Notes: generated by a model from the sequence alone, not told the origin. DNA of 64,000 nt from Octopus sinensis (GCF_006345805.1 NC_043006.1:22940001-23004000); one strand, 5' to 3'. Shown: positions 47,875 through 63,197, counted from the stretch's first letter. Made by a program: numbers and translations.

Positions 47875-48539
47875 GTATATATGCATATATATATATATAT
47901 TATTTATATTATATATGTATGTATATATATATATATATATATATGTGTATACACACACACACGCACACACACATATATAAAGTCAGTCGCCACATCGAAG
48001 TGGCTGTTTAACCCAGGCAAGCGCATTAGATTCCTTGGAAGAAAGCTTCGAATGTATACAAAACAAGGACGGAAAAATGGACGATGTTACACGAATAAGA
48101 ATACAAAAATAATACGTAAAAACAATAATAATAATAATAACAATAACAATAACAGGATATCATAAACAGGCGTCTTTCGACTAGGATGAATTAAACTCAG
48201 CTGGCGTGTTAGGAATGTGCCTTGAGGCAGAGAAAAAAAATATTGATGTTACCACAACAGCTGCCAGACCCGAAAAGGCCAGTAGTTGTGAAGAGAAGAG
48301 AGAGGAAAAGAGGGACAGAAGAATTAAGGAGGGGGAAGAGAAAGAAAAAGAGGAACAAGGAATTAAGGAGGAGGAGAAGAGAGAGAGCGAGAAAAAGAGA
48401 CAGGGACAAAGTGAAGTGCAAAGTAAGAAAGGCAAAGAAATGTAGGAGAGAAGGGAGAGATACAGTGTTGATGAATCGTACCAAGTTTAGAGAAATGTAT
48501 ACTTTCTCTAAACTACATACCCTCTCTCTTATATGTAAG

Positions 48540-48605
<66 letters not shown>

Positions 48606-48668
48606 ACATATATACATATATATATATATTATATATATATATAATATATATATTATATATATATATAC

Positions 48669-48702
<34 letters not shown>

Positions 48703-49151
48703 TTTATTTATGCATATGTGGGCATAGGATGTCATGTAGATTATCGGTTTGATGCTGCACCCTTTATATACAATATATATTACTAGCAAGGGAAGCGAAC
48801 CCCTAACATCCTCTAGCAGATAAAAGGATTGCAAGACTGACTCTGTTTTGAGCTATTTAGCTTACCCTCAGTCGCGAGCACCTGACCGCCAGAGCGATAG
48901 CCAGAGTCCACACCAGCCAGCAATATATTGTAAACAAAGCGACCATTGGTCACTGATTTGCAATAAGCAAAATAGCTAGTTGTAAAATCTCAAGAAGAGA
49001 TCAGAGTAGTAACTATACTAAGAAGTAAAAGTCAGTCACCACATCAAAGTGACTGTTCCATGTCACTACTAGTTTAACCCCAGGCAGATCTTACGCCAGC
49101 TGGTTAGCTATATTGCTAGCAGGGTGGGCGAACCCCTACCATTTTCTAGCA

Positions 49152-49315
49152 CAGTGATTACCAACCTTTTCACTACCAAGGACCCCTTTTATTTAAATGA
49201 GTTTACCCATGGACCCCAGGATACTGGAAGGTCTGTCAGCTTAACATGTTCACGAACCTCGAGTACTACCTTTTTGGAACACCAGGATCCGCAGACCACA
49301 GATTGGGAACCACTG
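49152..49315. mobile_element. Short hAT-type MITE
   Basis: CAGTG...CACTG termini; imperfect 8-bp TSD TTCTAGCA/CTGTAGCA. Confidence 0.6.
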
Positions 49316-52115
49316 CTGTAGCAGATAACAGGATCACAAGACTGACTTAGTTTTGAGCTATTTGGCTCATCCTCAGTTGCAAGCACCTGGCTGCCAGTAC
49401 GATAGCCAGAGTCTGCTCCAGCTAGCAAGATATTGTAAACAAAGTGACCATTGGTGACTGATTTGCAACAAGCAAAATACCTCAAGAGATCATAGTAGTA
49501 ACTATACTTAGAAGTAAAGCTCAGTCGCCACATCAGAATGGCTGTTCCATGTTACTACTAGTTTAAACTAGTAGCACCGATAACCAGCTGGTAAATGTTA
49601 TAAATGTTGCACCTTTATATACAATATATATCGCTAGCAGGGGGAACGAAGCCTTATACCATCCTCTAACAGATAGCAGCATCGCGAGACTGGCTCAGTT
49701 TTGAGCTATTTGGTTCATCCTCAGTGGCGAGCACCTGGTCGCCAGAGCGATAGCCCGAGTCCACTCCAGCCAGCAATATATATGTCTTAATATAGTGGAT
49801 GAGTAGCTGTAAATTCACTTGTGTCATATCACCATTTCACTTCTTTAACATTCTCTAAGCACTATGATGACAACTATGATGACATGTTGCTAATTTTAGA
49901 AGGCACATGACATCAATGGAGTGTCAACGGATGGTGGGGAATTATCTGAGAGGACTGTTGAATATTGTAGTACTGAAGCTGCACATGATGATGGCGGGAA
50001 TGATGATGATAGTTGTGGTGATGATGGTGGTGGTGGTGGTGATGACAGTGAAACTGGTGGTAGTGATGGTGATAGTAATAATGATAATGATATGGGTGGC
50101 GGAGGGGGGGGGGAGAAAGATGGTAGTGAGAGTGGTGAGGGTGATGATGGTGAGGATAGTAGTGGTATTGATGATGTTATGGTGACGATGATGGTGATGA
50201 TGATGGCAGTGATGATGACGATAATGATTATGACAAGTATATTTTATTATTGTTTTTGTGTTTCAGGGATCTAGTTTTTTTTTCATTCACAAAATATGCA
50301 ATTTTTAAAAGGAAGTAAAAAATCTGAAAACCAGCTATAATAATGTAGTCTTCCAGTCTCATTACTATGAAGGTACGATGTTGTGAAGAAAAAAAGTTAT
50401 AGAGATTTAAAAATTGGAAAAACTGTATTTTTAGCCAATAGTGAGACAGAAATTTTCTGCATTTAGCAGAGCGGTGTCAACTTTAAGGTTGTACCCTGTG
50501 AAATTTATAGTTTAGAGCCTGACCTGTTCATTGTAGGTTTCTAAATAAACAGAAATACTTAATTTCATTGTAAGTTTCTAAATAAACAAAAATACCTAAT
50601 AAAATCATATATCATCTTACTGATTCTTTTGTCTCTTCATTGATTGTATGTTTTTATTATTTAAAAAAATTTATTATATTAATATATTTGTCTGCATGTG
50701 CTTACTTTATACGTATTTCAATATTATGTATATTTGTCATGTATTTGTGTACATTATTAATATATAAGTGCATGTGTGTGTGAATGAAGGGGCGTCTGTC
50801 TCCAAGACTTTAAAGTTGAGTAACGTTTTCATGCTTGGATTTATAAACTATGGTAAGAATAACACTGGCTAAAGAATTTGTCTCAAGAAAAAGAATACCT
50901 GTATCTCTTACGTTTTTGCATGCAGAATTCAAAAATAATGTCAAATTATCTGTATCACCCACAGTTTCTCTGTTCCATGATATCCTGTTCAGTTCATGTT
51001 ACATGGGCTAAATTTCAGTTAAGCTGTTGAAATGTGAAGCTAATGGTTTAAGAAATACTCCTAATTTAAATGTTTATGAATAGAATTAACCTAGTGAAAC
51101 CATAAATCCAGCTGTCTGAGTCAATGAGTCCCTGAAGCTTGGCAATACTGAGTTGATGAGTCACCAATGCTTTGTCAGTACTGTGCTTGAAGTGTAGGTG
51201 TGTGGTTTTGTACTAAGTTTATATATTCCATTCAACTTCATAATGCCAAGAAACTGTATAAATATCACAAACAACTTTTGCTATACATGAAAAATATGTA
51301 AAATATTGAGACAATTGACAAAAAATATCTATAACAAAATTCTAATTGATAAATATAAATTTTTATTAACACAAAATACATGGGTTAAGTAAATCTCGTG
51401 GTGTGAAGAATGAACGCAACATGTGGGTGAAGTGAAACAACACAACTTGCGGTTGTCATGGTAACTTGCTGTTAATGCCTCACTGTCTATTGATTGGCTA
51501 AAATTACCCAAATTTCCCAACTTTAATTCCAAATAACATCAGAGTCTAATTTATGAGATAAAATAATTGGTTGATGGTAATCAAAATCAGATTGCATCAA
51601 TACACCAAAATTGAAAACAATCTGAGCAAAATTAAAGCGGGGTCATTTTGCAAATGAAACAAACTAGATCTGTTTGTCCCAAATCTGCACTAGTCAAGCT
51701 AATATATGATCAAAAGATGATCCATTTATGACCATCATGCCTTTTTACAGATTTTTTTTCCAGTCTTATCTTATGGATGGCGAGGGTTCACTCTCCTGCT
51801 AGCAACATATATTGTATATAAAAGGTGCAGTGCACACTGATAACCACCTGGCAGAAGATCTGCCTGGGGTTAAACTAGTAGTAACATGGAACAGCCACTT
51901 TGATGTGGCGACTGACTCCTAATTTTTAGTATAGTTACTACTCTGATTCTTGAGATTTTACATCTAGCTATTGGACAGATTGGAGCAATCTCAAGATTAA
52001 TCAGCCGAAATTGCAAGGATGATCCGGTTCTTGACTGAAGATTAAAGGCTTCGAATGACCCATCTGTGTTTTTTGTATCGTCTATTTGGATGTTTTGCGT
52101 TCTTGTCCCATTTTG

Positions 52116-52152
<37 letters not shown>

Positions 52153-52537
52153 TTTATATATGAGAGAAAGAGAGAGAAGCAACTTATTTTAAATCTCTGA
52201 GCGAGAGATATACAGTTACTGTACCGAATAGGAAAGTTTGTATGCCAACCGAATGTTGCAGCCCTATAAAGGACGATGCTACTGCTGTTTTAACCCCAGG
52301 AAAACATCTTTTCCAGCTGGCTATTGACACACAGTTTGTGTCCGTATAGCATTTGCAAGAGATGTCATCGCTACCATTTCTAGCCTCACATGATATAGAC
52401 CTAGGTTTCTGGTTGGTTACATTTCCTCAGTGTGAGACAACCACAAGCTAGTGACAAAATCTCTCTCCACTTGCAAATACTATATGTATACATACATATA
52501 AATACATATATATACACACACACATAAATACATTCTG

Positions 52538-53145
52538 AGACCCCCTTCGGTCATGACACAGACCATGGGATTGCACCTAGAAAGTTACCCTCCCAGACAC
52601 AAGTCCAGGCAAGGTTGTTTATGGAAGAGCAGCAGTCGCTCATGCATACCTATTTCTTTATTACCTACAAGGGGCTAAACATAGAGGGGACAAACAAGGA
52701 CAGACATAGGTATTAAGTCGATTACATCGAGGTATTAAGTCGATTACATCGACCCCAGTGTGTAACTGGTACTTATTTAATTGACCCAAAAAGGATGAAA
52801 GGCAAAGTTGACCTCGGCGGAATTTGAACTCAGAACAAAGTGACGGGCGAAATACAGCTATGCATTTCGCCCGGCATGCTAACGATTCTGCCAGCTCGCC
52901 GCCCTAGTCGTTCATGCATACCAGCCGCCCGTCTCCACGCCACCAGTGTTATCCAAGGGAAAAGCAAAGGCCAATACAGCTTGGTACCTGTGACGTCGCA
53001 ACTCATTTCTACAGCTGAGTGAACTGGAGCAACGTGAAATAAAGTGTCTTGCTCAAGAACACAACATGCAGCCCAGTCTGGGATTCGAGCTCACAACCTC
53101 ATGATCGTAAGCTCGACGCTCTAACCACTGAGCCATGCACCTTCA
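52538..53145 (-). mobile_element. SINE family D with a nested family B SINE (~52650-52902)
   Basis: Family D sequence resumes after the insert; AGTCG(C/T)TCATGCATACC occurs on both sides. Confidence 0.75.
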
Positions 53146-53629
53146 CAACATAAATACTTACATATATACAAATACAAATATATACATACATATATGCATA
53201 TACCTTTAATCAAGAAGAAGGCATTGATTATGACAATCCTTAACAAGGCCTCCAAGACAGGTGGAAAAGAGGGAGGAAAGTATCTTCAAAGTAGAGATCT
53301 GACCCCTAATGCTTGCAACAGTGGACTCCACTAAAGGCATCCAAGATGCCAAAAGTAATAGCATTAAATTCAGCAACATTAAACATATAATGAAAATTCT
53401 AAAGAACTGTATATGTATGTACCCACTTTACTGGCCAGTCATATTTATACACACATCTGTTTGGATTTCTGGAACACATCACTGAACAAAATTTATTTTT
53501 CAGGAGTCTGAAGTCTACTGAATTTCATAATTTAGTGTTGCTGACGTAAGAGAACCATTAGTCATAGTCTGTGTTTGGGAGATGAGGTGTAGGAGAAGGA
53601 GCGGTGGAATCAGCAAGGCTATCTTTGCA

Positions 53630-54095
53630 GCATTATAGGCCCCAGGCAAATCAGTGCATTGAGTCCTCTAGTATTTATTTATTGACAGAAAGCCACAGTG
53701 TACATAGATCAGAATTAGGCCCCTATTACCATGAGGCCCCTGAGCAAATCAATGCACTAGGCCCCATGGTATTTATTTATTGACAGAGAGCCACAGTTCG
53801 CCCCTATGTCCATGCGGTCCCCAGGCAGATCAATGCTCTGAGTTCTATAGCATTTAGTTATTGACAGCAAGCTGCAGCATACATAGATAAGAATTAGGCC
53901 CCTATAGCCATGAGGCCCCTAGGTAAATCAATGTACAGAGTCCTACAGTATTTATTTATTGACAGAGCCACAACAAACAGAAATAAGAATTAGGCCCCTA
54001 TGTCCATGAGACCCCTGGGAAAATCAATGCACTAGGTCCTATAGCATTTATTTTTCAATAACAAGCCATATGTACATAGATCAGAATTGGAGCTC
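53630..54095. repeat. Degenerate ~90-97-bp tandem repeat (about 5 copies), probably internal to an old MITE
   Basis: Recurrent GGCCCC..AAATCAATGCAC..ATTTATTTATTGACAG. Confidence 0.75.
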
Positions 54096-55102
54096 TAAAC
54101 AAATAGTTCTCAACAGGGGACCATATAAGATTTTTGGAGGGGTTCATGCTAGCAAAATGATAAAGTGGGGATCCATAGTAGTGTCTTAGGTGTCCATATA
54201 CCGTATTTTAACATGTATAAGATTAAAAAAATATGGGAGTTTCTTATACATGGATATGGATAGTATTATAATCCTTTACAAAACCTTTTTCCAAATTTGA
54301 AGCCCCTAAAATTAGGGGGTTCCACATACATATCGAAATACAATAGTTTCAATTTAAATGTATTCATTGCAAGAACAGATTTCATTCTATAACGTTTTAC
54401 ATAGTTCAGCCTACGCAAATTAATGAGGGAATAGCAAAATAAAACTAGTTTTTGAATATTAATGGTTATAGGGGTCTACCACAATAAAATAGCAATCAAA
54501 GGGGTCCATAGATGAAAAAAAGAAATGGTTGAGGTCCACTGCCCATGGGAAAGTCCTCCCGTGAGACCCCTGGGGAAGTGCCTATGCCTAAAGACAGCAC
54601 AGGGAGTCAGTGGCTATGAAGGTGTGGGCGATCAGCCAGGACATTGGACCAGGGATCAGGAGCACAAGATCTAAGAAAGGGACCTGTGAATCTGATATGA
54701 AGGGCATAGAGATGCCCACCACTCACCTCCACACCATTCCACTTTGCAAAGTTTCTCTCAAAAACCCTGAGTGGGGTCAGTGGAGATCAAGATCATATCT
54801 ACATATGATACTGATGTTGTTGGTGTTATGGTTGTCATTGTTTAACCCCAGGTCAAACCTGATCAAGTGGATTTATGTCCAAAGATGTGACTGCCATGGC
54901 CATCCAGCTTATTATTTATCAGGACTGCATTGTCCAATATACCCTTTCACCACATTTATATATTAATTCATTCTTTTTTTTTTAAAGACAGTAGCACGAT
55001 TTGAAGATTTGACTGCCATTTCCAGTCAGTTCAGAGACCACGTAAGAGGCTCATCATTCACTCAAATAATAATAATGTTATGATGTAGGTAAATAGAGGG
55101 TT

Positions 55103-55148
<46 letters not shown>

Positions 55149-56373
55149 CTATATGGACGTGAAAGTATGTTATACACAAATACATACATCTAAATATTTT
55201 ACTCTCTAGTGGGTGGCAGGAGAAGCTGAAGATGACCAAGACAGGAGGCTATTTGCAGTAAACATATACACACATACAAATCCACAAACACATGCATACA
55301 TACATTTACATACACACGCATACATGTATGCATGCATACATGTATGCACATGCATGCGAACATACATATACACATATGCACATATATGCATACATACTAA
55401 AAAGTGGTAGAGAAAGAGCTGTGCATATGTATGCATGTATATATACATGCATACATTCATGTATGCATGCATGCATATATGCGTACATGCATGTATGTAT
55501 GCATGCATCTATGTAAGTATGCATGTATGTATGCATACATGAATGTATGCATGTATATATGTGTGTATGCATGCATGCATGCTTGTTTGTATGCATATAT
55601 GTATATATGCATACATGCATATATACATTCATTCATATATGTCAGCAAATATACATGCATGTACATATGCATACATGCAGATATGTATGCATGTATGTAT
55701 GTATGTATGTATGCATGTATATATGTGTGTATATATGAATGCATGCATGTATGTATATGTGTGCATGCTTGTTTGTATGCATATATGTATATACGCATAC
55801 ATGCATATATACATTCATTCATATATGTCAGCAAATATACATACATGTACGTATGCATACATGTTCGTATGCATACATGCAGATATGTATGTACGTACGC
55901 ATGTATGTATATATGTATGTATGTTCAGATACACAAATATGAGATAGGTTTTGAAGTTAGATTGAGGCAGTGACCTTGACCTTTATAGGCCAAACTAAGC
56001 GATTCTGAGATTGATACAGTTAGATGTTTATTGCTGAACATCTTTAGGACAATGACTGACGATGTGGGAAGAAGAGGCGGGAGGAGGAGGAGGAGGAGGA
56101 GCCAGTCTACTTGTAACAGAGAATATGAACTCTTGCTAAAGGTACATTGGTAGGAGGTGATGGTATTTAATCGGAGTAGCAACGATAGACGTGCGTGAGT
56201 GCGTGTTATACACAAGTACGTATGTCGGTGTATGTGCGTGTAGGTGCATGTGTGTGTGTGTGTGAGTGAGTTTGTGTCTGTATGTATTTCGTTGTATGTG
56301 CGTGTACGTGCATGTGTGTGTGTGTATGTGTGAGTTTGTGTCTGTATGTATGCCTGTGTGTGTATGTATGTCG

Positions 56374-56405
<32 letters not shown>

Positions 56406-56939
56406 GAGTTTGTGTCTGTATGTATGTCTGTGTGTGTATGTGCGTGTACGTGCATGTGTGTGTGTGAGTTTGTGTCTGTGTGTGTATGTATTTCTGTTTC
56501 TGTATGTGAATATATATGTGTGTGTGTCAGCCAAAGAGGAGGAGAGAGAGTGAAAAAGAGAGAAGAAATAAGCAGTGTGATAGGGAGGAGAGACAGAGAG
56601 ACAGACACACAGTTATACAGAGAGACATATTAAACAGAGTTTGCCCAATGTCTATTTGTCTGTCTAGAATGAAAGTGGGGGAAAAGGTATTCAAGACAAA
56701 AAGAAGCAGAAATATATTTGTTCAACATGTTTATCTGTTGTGTTTAGGAAGGGGGGGGGAGATCCCGGAGGTGGGGGTGGGGGGCACAATGCAGCGAGAC
56801 ACACAGACAGGTAGGCAGACAGATAGACATACAGACAGGTAGATAGGTGTCTACTTAATCCAGACATGCCCCTGCCTATTGAGGAATGCGTTAGTACTCT
56901 TAGAAGACATAATCAAGCACGCATGAGCAGACAGCGACT

Positions 56940-56970
<31 letters not shown>

Positions 56971-58789
56971 CTATTATCCAGCAAGGAAGCCTCTACGTGG
57001 CTACTCGACTTGTTAGAAATAGCAGTCAAATATACTTCAAATAACGTCGTCTTTGAATTAAAAAGGGGGGAAAAGAGGACACAGTTGATAATGTAGTATA
57101 AGATAAGCTGTACACTGACTAGAAAAATAAAAATTTTAAGGCATGGTGGTCATGGAACACCCTTTGATCATATATTTTACTTGACTAGGGCAGATCTGGG
57201 GCTGAAACAACGAAAACAATAATAAAATATACTTGTCGTAGTCACTCCCATCATCATCGCCATGATCATCATGATCATCATGATCATCATCATCATCATT
57301 ATGGTCATCATTGCTGCCATCATCACCATCGCCAACACAACTATTACTACCATCCTTCTTTCTCCTCCACCACCCTCATCATTACCATTATCACTATCAC
57401 CATCATCACCGTAACTACCACCACCACCACCACCATCATCACCACTATCATGACCACAAGCATCATCATCACTGCTGCTATTATCATCATCATCATGGGC
57501 AGCTTCAGTACTACAATATACAACAGTTCTCCCAGATAAACCCCTACCATCTGTTGACACTCTATTGATGTCATGTGACTTCTAAAATTAGCAACATGTC
57601 ATCATAGTGCTTGGAGAATGTTCCAGAAATGAAATGCTGATGTGACAGGTGAATTTACACAGCTACTTATTGATCCAGTATATTAAGATATACCACCACC
57701 ATCACTGTCACCACTAAAACTGACACTGCTATTTTCACCAATACTCCAAACATCACCACTACCAACGCTGATATTTCCATAATCACCAACACTACGACCA
57801 CCACCACAAACACCACCTCCAAAAGTGATACTGCCACCACCACCACCACATCTCCACCACCAACAGTGACACTGCTACTTCCACCATAATCACTAACACC
57901 ACCACCAACAGTGACACTGCTACCATCACCACTAAAATCACCACTAAATCCACCTCTAACTCCACCACCACCAACAGTGACACTGCTACTTCCACCACAA
58001 TCACTAACATCACCACCACATCTCTACCACCAACAGTGACACTGCTACTTCCACCACCACTACTAACCCCACCACCAACAGTCACACTGCCACCAGCACC
58101 ACTAAAATCACCACTAAATCCACCTCTAACTCCACCACCAATAGTGACACTGCTACCACCACCACTAACTCCACCACCAACAGTGACACTACTACCACTA
58201 ACCCCACCACCAACAGTGACACTGCTACCATCGCCACCACTAACACAACCACTGATACCACTAACATTACTATGTCTATCTATCTATCGACTGATCGATC
58301 TATATATATATATATATATCCCCTCCTCCAATGTCTTCTCCCCTCTCAAAGATTCTTTGTCTTGCAAAGTTACTCGGTGACCCTGTCAGTCCAGGGGCCA
58401 CTTAAAAAGTACCCAGTCCACACTAAAGTGGTTGGCATTTAGAAGGGCATCCAGCTATAAAAACCATGCCAAAACTGACCTCACCTGTGCTGGTCCCACA
58501 TGAAAAGCACCCACTACATTCTCAGAGTGGTTGGCATTAGGAAGGGTATCCAGCCATAAAACCCACGCCAAAAAACAGACACTGTAGCTTGGTGCAGACT
58601 CCTGCCTGGCCAATGCCTGTCAAACCATCCAACCTATGCTAGCATGCAAGAAAGAAGTTAAACAACAATGATAATGATGATGCTATGGACAGATGCATAT
58701 GTATAGGTGGGGGAGGGAAGAAGAATGATAGAGATAGTGCTGAATGGTGATGATGGGGAGGATAGTGGTAGTAGTGATGATGATGATGA

Positions 58790-59265
58790 TATTCTGAACG
58801 CCTTACTTCCCTGGGCATGGACACATTGAAACTCTGATGTCTGGCAGCTGACTTGGCAGACACCCATAAAATTATCAACCATCTTACAAACAATAACTCT
58901 GAGCACCTTTTCAAACTCCACCCGTCTAACACCCGTGGACATATTTACAAAGTCAGAAAACAGCACAGCTCCCATGACTTTAGGAAACATTTTTTCACGC
59001 TGAGAGTTGCTGAAGCATGGAACAAACTGCTGGCATCAGTTGTTAGTTGTCGGAGCACTGCATCCTTCAAAACTTCCATGCTTTCTGAGATTCGCCAACA
59101 CTACACCTGATTTTCCTCCCCTCCATACACACGCAAGCATGTATCTGACTCATACATCGTTCGCTTTCCAGACATTTGTACATTACTGCATATACTTTAT
59201 ACGCACTTTCTGACAAGTTGTGGTGCACCTGAGCACTGTAAACAATAATTTCATTATTATTATTA
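58790..59265 (+). mobile_element. 3' fragment of a CR1-group LINE
   Basis: NTRGHIYKV...RKHFFTLRVAEAWNKL; (TTA)n tail. Confidence 0.75.
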
Positions 59266-59827
59266 TACGGGCTGCTTTCTGCAGCAATTCCACATACCCC
59301 CTACCCATTCTAAGTACCCCGGATCCCCAAAGTACCCTGGATCCCCAAAGTACCCTGATCCCCAAAGTACCCCGGACCTCGTTGCCCCCGTGCCGCTGAC
59401 ACGTTAAAATGTCGAACGATCGTGACGATGCCGGACTCCGGCCCCTGTGCAGGTGGCACGTAAAAAGCACCCAATCCACTCACGGATGGTTGGCGTTAGG
59501 AAGGGCATCCAGCCGTAGAAACTCTGCCAGATTTCAGACTGGAGCCTGGAGCGGCCCCTGGCTTCCCAGACCCGGTCGAACCGTCCAACCCGTGCTAGCG
59601 CGGAAAGCGGACGTTAAACGATGATGATGATGATGATGATAATGATGATGATGGGAGTGATTATGCTGGTGCAATGTAAAAAGCACTCAGTCCACTTCCT
59701 GAGGAGGTTGGTGTTAGAAAGGGTATCCAGCTGTTGATAGGTGCAGGTGTGGCTGTGTGGAAAGATGTTTATTTCTTAACCATATGGTTGCAGGTTCAGT
59801 CCCATTGCATTTCACCTTGAGTAAGTA

Positions 59828-60184
59828 TCTCTCTCTATATAAACGCAGTTTGTCTGTGCGTGTGTTTCTGTGTGTCTGTTTGCTTGTACCCTCACCCTGA
59901 CCACGGCTTTCAACCGATTCTGATGAAACTTGACACACACATAGCCCAATGTCATAATTCAAAAAAACTAACGCAGCGAAAATTTTGAAAGTTCCCCAGT
60001 TCTGAATAAAATCGAATTCGACATGGGTCGAGAATGAGAAACACGAACCACAAACTGTCTAGGGGACGCAATCCACCTTTTTTAAATCTCAAAAAAAAAT
60101 TTACCATCATTTTTGGCTAAACTCTCTAAAATGCTTTATAGTTATTTCCCTTACAACCTGAGCAACGCCGGGCGATACTGCTAG
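59828..60184 (+). mobile_element. Non-autonomous Helitron inserted into a family A SINE
   Basis: SINE sequence ..AAGTA|TCTTCTAC.. is split at A|T with no TSD; TC and CTAG termini. Confidence 0.85.
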
Positions 60185-63100
60185 TCTTCTACTAAAGCCT
60201 TAAGCCAACCAAAGTCTTGTGAGGTAGATTTTGTAGGTGAAAACTGAAAGAAACCTATTGTATATATATGTGTGTTTGTTTGTCTCTGTGTTTATATCCC
60301 CCCCACATACACACACTGTTTGACAACTGGTGTTGGTTTGTTTACATCTCCATAACTTACTGGTTTGGTAAAAAGAGATCAAGTACCAGATCTTTAACAG
60401 AAAATAAGTACTAGGATCAACTAAATCAAGTGAAACCCTTTAAAGCAGATGCTCCAGCATGGCTGTGCTGCAGTCCAAAGACTGAAATAAATAAAAGATA
60501 AAACAATGAAAGATTGGCTGTGTAGCTTGGCACCTGAGGGGTGCAGGTTCAAGTCCTGTAGCCATCTCCTGGCAACTGATTTTCATCTTATAAGGGTAAC
60601 ATACCCAATCTTTCTGTTGTTTTCACAGCCTCTGGTGTATGGTGTAGCTAGCATGTGTGCCACCTGGGGGCGGCCCTTCCGTTTTCCACCTCTGGGCCCC
60701 ACAAAATACACATATTGCTTACAGTAATAGTCTATAACAGGATGAAAAATGTCACCCTTTAAAAGTGCCACCCGGGGTGGACCGCTCCAACCCCCCCCCC
60801 CAGCTACACCAGTGTTCACAGCTATACTCATTGTCGTCATTATCATCATCATTTAACATCTGTTGTCCATGTTGGCCTTGTCTGTAAAATACCAAACACA
60901 TTTGACGCTTCCAAGATTGTTTATAAAATTTTACACACACACACACACACAGAGGATGCCATTATAGATCGTTAGCTCCTACACATATTTTTTTCTCTCC
61001 TTGTTTTTTTCTGTGTATCTTTCTGTTGAAGAGCATAGGCTCAAAATGTAAAAGACTTTTTCTATTTCTATTCCTGACCGCTATACTAATACATTTGTTT
61101 GTTTGTACTCCACCTGCCTTCGTCTTTTGTTTATTTTCGTAAACTTTCCCGTTATATATATATATATATATACATATTAGGGAGTATAACTCCAAACTTA
61201 CAGGGAAAAATTCAATTAGTATTAAATCAAATTTCACAATATAAATATATAATATATATAAATTAGAGAAAAACCACTATTATGTAATTCAAACAATGAT
61301 AGACATAGACCAAATCATAAATAAAAAATAAAATATATTAGAAAACTTACTTTTTGTGATCTAGTCATATGTTTTATAATATATTTTATTTTTTTCTATA
61401 TGATATGGTTTATGTCTATCATTTTTTGAATTACATTTTTCTCTAATTTATATATATATATATATCTTCTTTTATTCATTTACTTGTTTCAGTCATTGGA
61501 CTGCTACCACGTTGGAGCACCACCTTCAGTCAAACAAATCGACCCCAGGACTTATTCTTTGTAAGCCTAGTACTTATTTTATTATAAATTATCAATGACA
61601 CAGCTAATTTGCAATTAGTTTAATTACGTCATCTGTATTAATTAATAAAATTATACCATGTAAACACAGTCCTGTAATATATGAGACGATAAACAGAATT
61701 GTAGTAATTAACATTGACAGGAATTTCTCAGTAAGGCAAAAAATTGGATTTAAGTATAATTAACTATTTTATTTTAAAAACAAACTATATTTTAATTAGG
61801 CTTAAATGATAGAGCTCAAATTATGGAATTACTAATCTTATTTTTATTTTTTTAGATTAAAACATTTTATTTTCATTTCAATAATAATCACAAAAATGAA
61901 AAAAATTAAAACTTTATTTAGAAATTTATTATTCAATTTCCAATAAGGTAAAATCTTAAATAATTAATTGACACATTATTAATTAGCATAATAACATAGC
62001 CTGGAAAAAAACATGGATGACATGGAAAAATGCGAGCAAGAGAAATAATATTCTTAAGAAAAGTATAGGACAAGTTATTACACCTGGAATAGTTTAGGAC
62101 AAGTTATAACATCTGATAAAGTACAGAACAAAAAAATTTTTTACTTAAAATATTGCAGCTAAGGATAAAATTTGAATATTAAAAATTATTTGATTTTAAT
62201 TTACAAAATAACATTATAATTATAAAAAAGGTACCATCATTTTGTTAGAATATTGACACACTGGAATACTTAAAACATGAGAGCCAGAAGTACCAATATA
62301 GCTAAAGTTTAATGCAAAGTGGAGTATTATATATATGGTAAGCAAATTCATTATGAAATAAAAAGGCATTGGGTCAAGACTAAAAATGTGAAGACTTGGC
62401 AATAACTGAACCAAATTTTACTGTGAATTTGTTGTTTCAGGTACTTATTTTTTTACAGATATGTAACTAACTTTTGTATTATTCCATTTATTGTACCAAG
62501 TATGTACTACTATTATTTTTATAACCTATTTTCAAATTTCTATTTATTAATTAATAATTAAAAAAATGAATTTTTTTTAAGTTCAAAAAATATTCTAATT
62601 GAGTTATTTTTTAATTTTTAATAGAAATAACAAGTAATAACAAATAGAAGTAATAACGTGTAATAAAATTTTTAGTTTTAATAAAAGCTGATATTTTCTA
62701 AATCTCAATATTTTATTTGAAATTTTATCCTTAACTGCAATATTTTAAGTAAAAATTTTCTTGTTCTATACTTTACCAGATGTAATAAGCTGTCCTGAAC
62801 TATTTCAAGTGTAAGAACTTGTCCTGTACTTTTCCAGGTTTATAATCTTAAGAATATTATTTCTCTTGCTTGCATTTTTCCATGTAATATATTATGTAGA
62901 TAGGCCTAAAATCCAAGCTGTGTCCTCTTAATGCACATCTGCTTATTCTAGTAATCCAAATTCCTATGTATATGCTATTGTTGTGTGAGGCACACATAAA
63001 AGTTGAAAATTCTGGAAAATATGTTTTGTAGAGCAATTATATATCAAAACAGGCAACAGGAAAAATTTGTGGCATTATTTATTCACCATTACATGTTTCA

Positions 63101-63197
63101 TTTGCAAAGAGGAGTTCCAAAATTGTTCATGTAGGAGAAATATGTAAGATATCTTCTATTAGAATTTTCTTCAGACAGAGACTCAAATAATACCTAT

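Noticed and set aside
61580-62890. Mitochondrial insertion (NUMT)
   Set aside because: Only vague rRNA-like words; no diagnostic conserved block could be aligned by eye.
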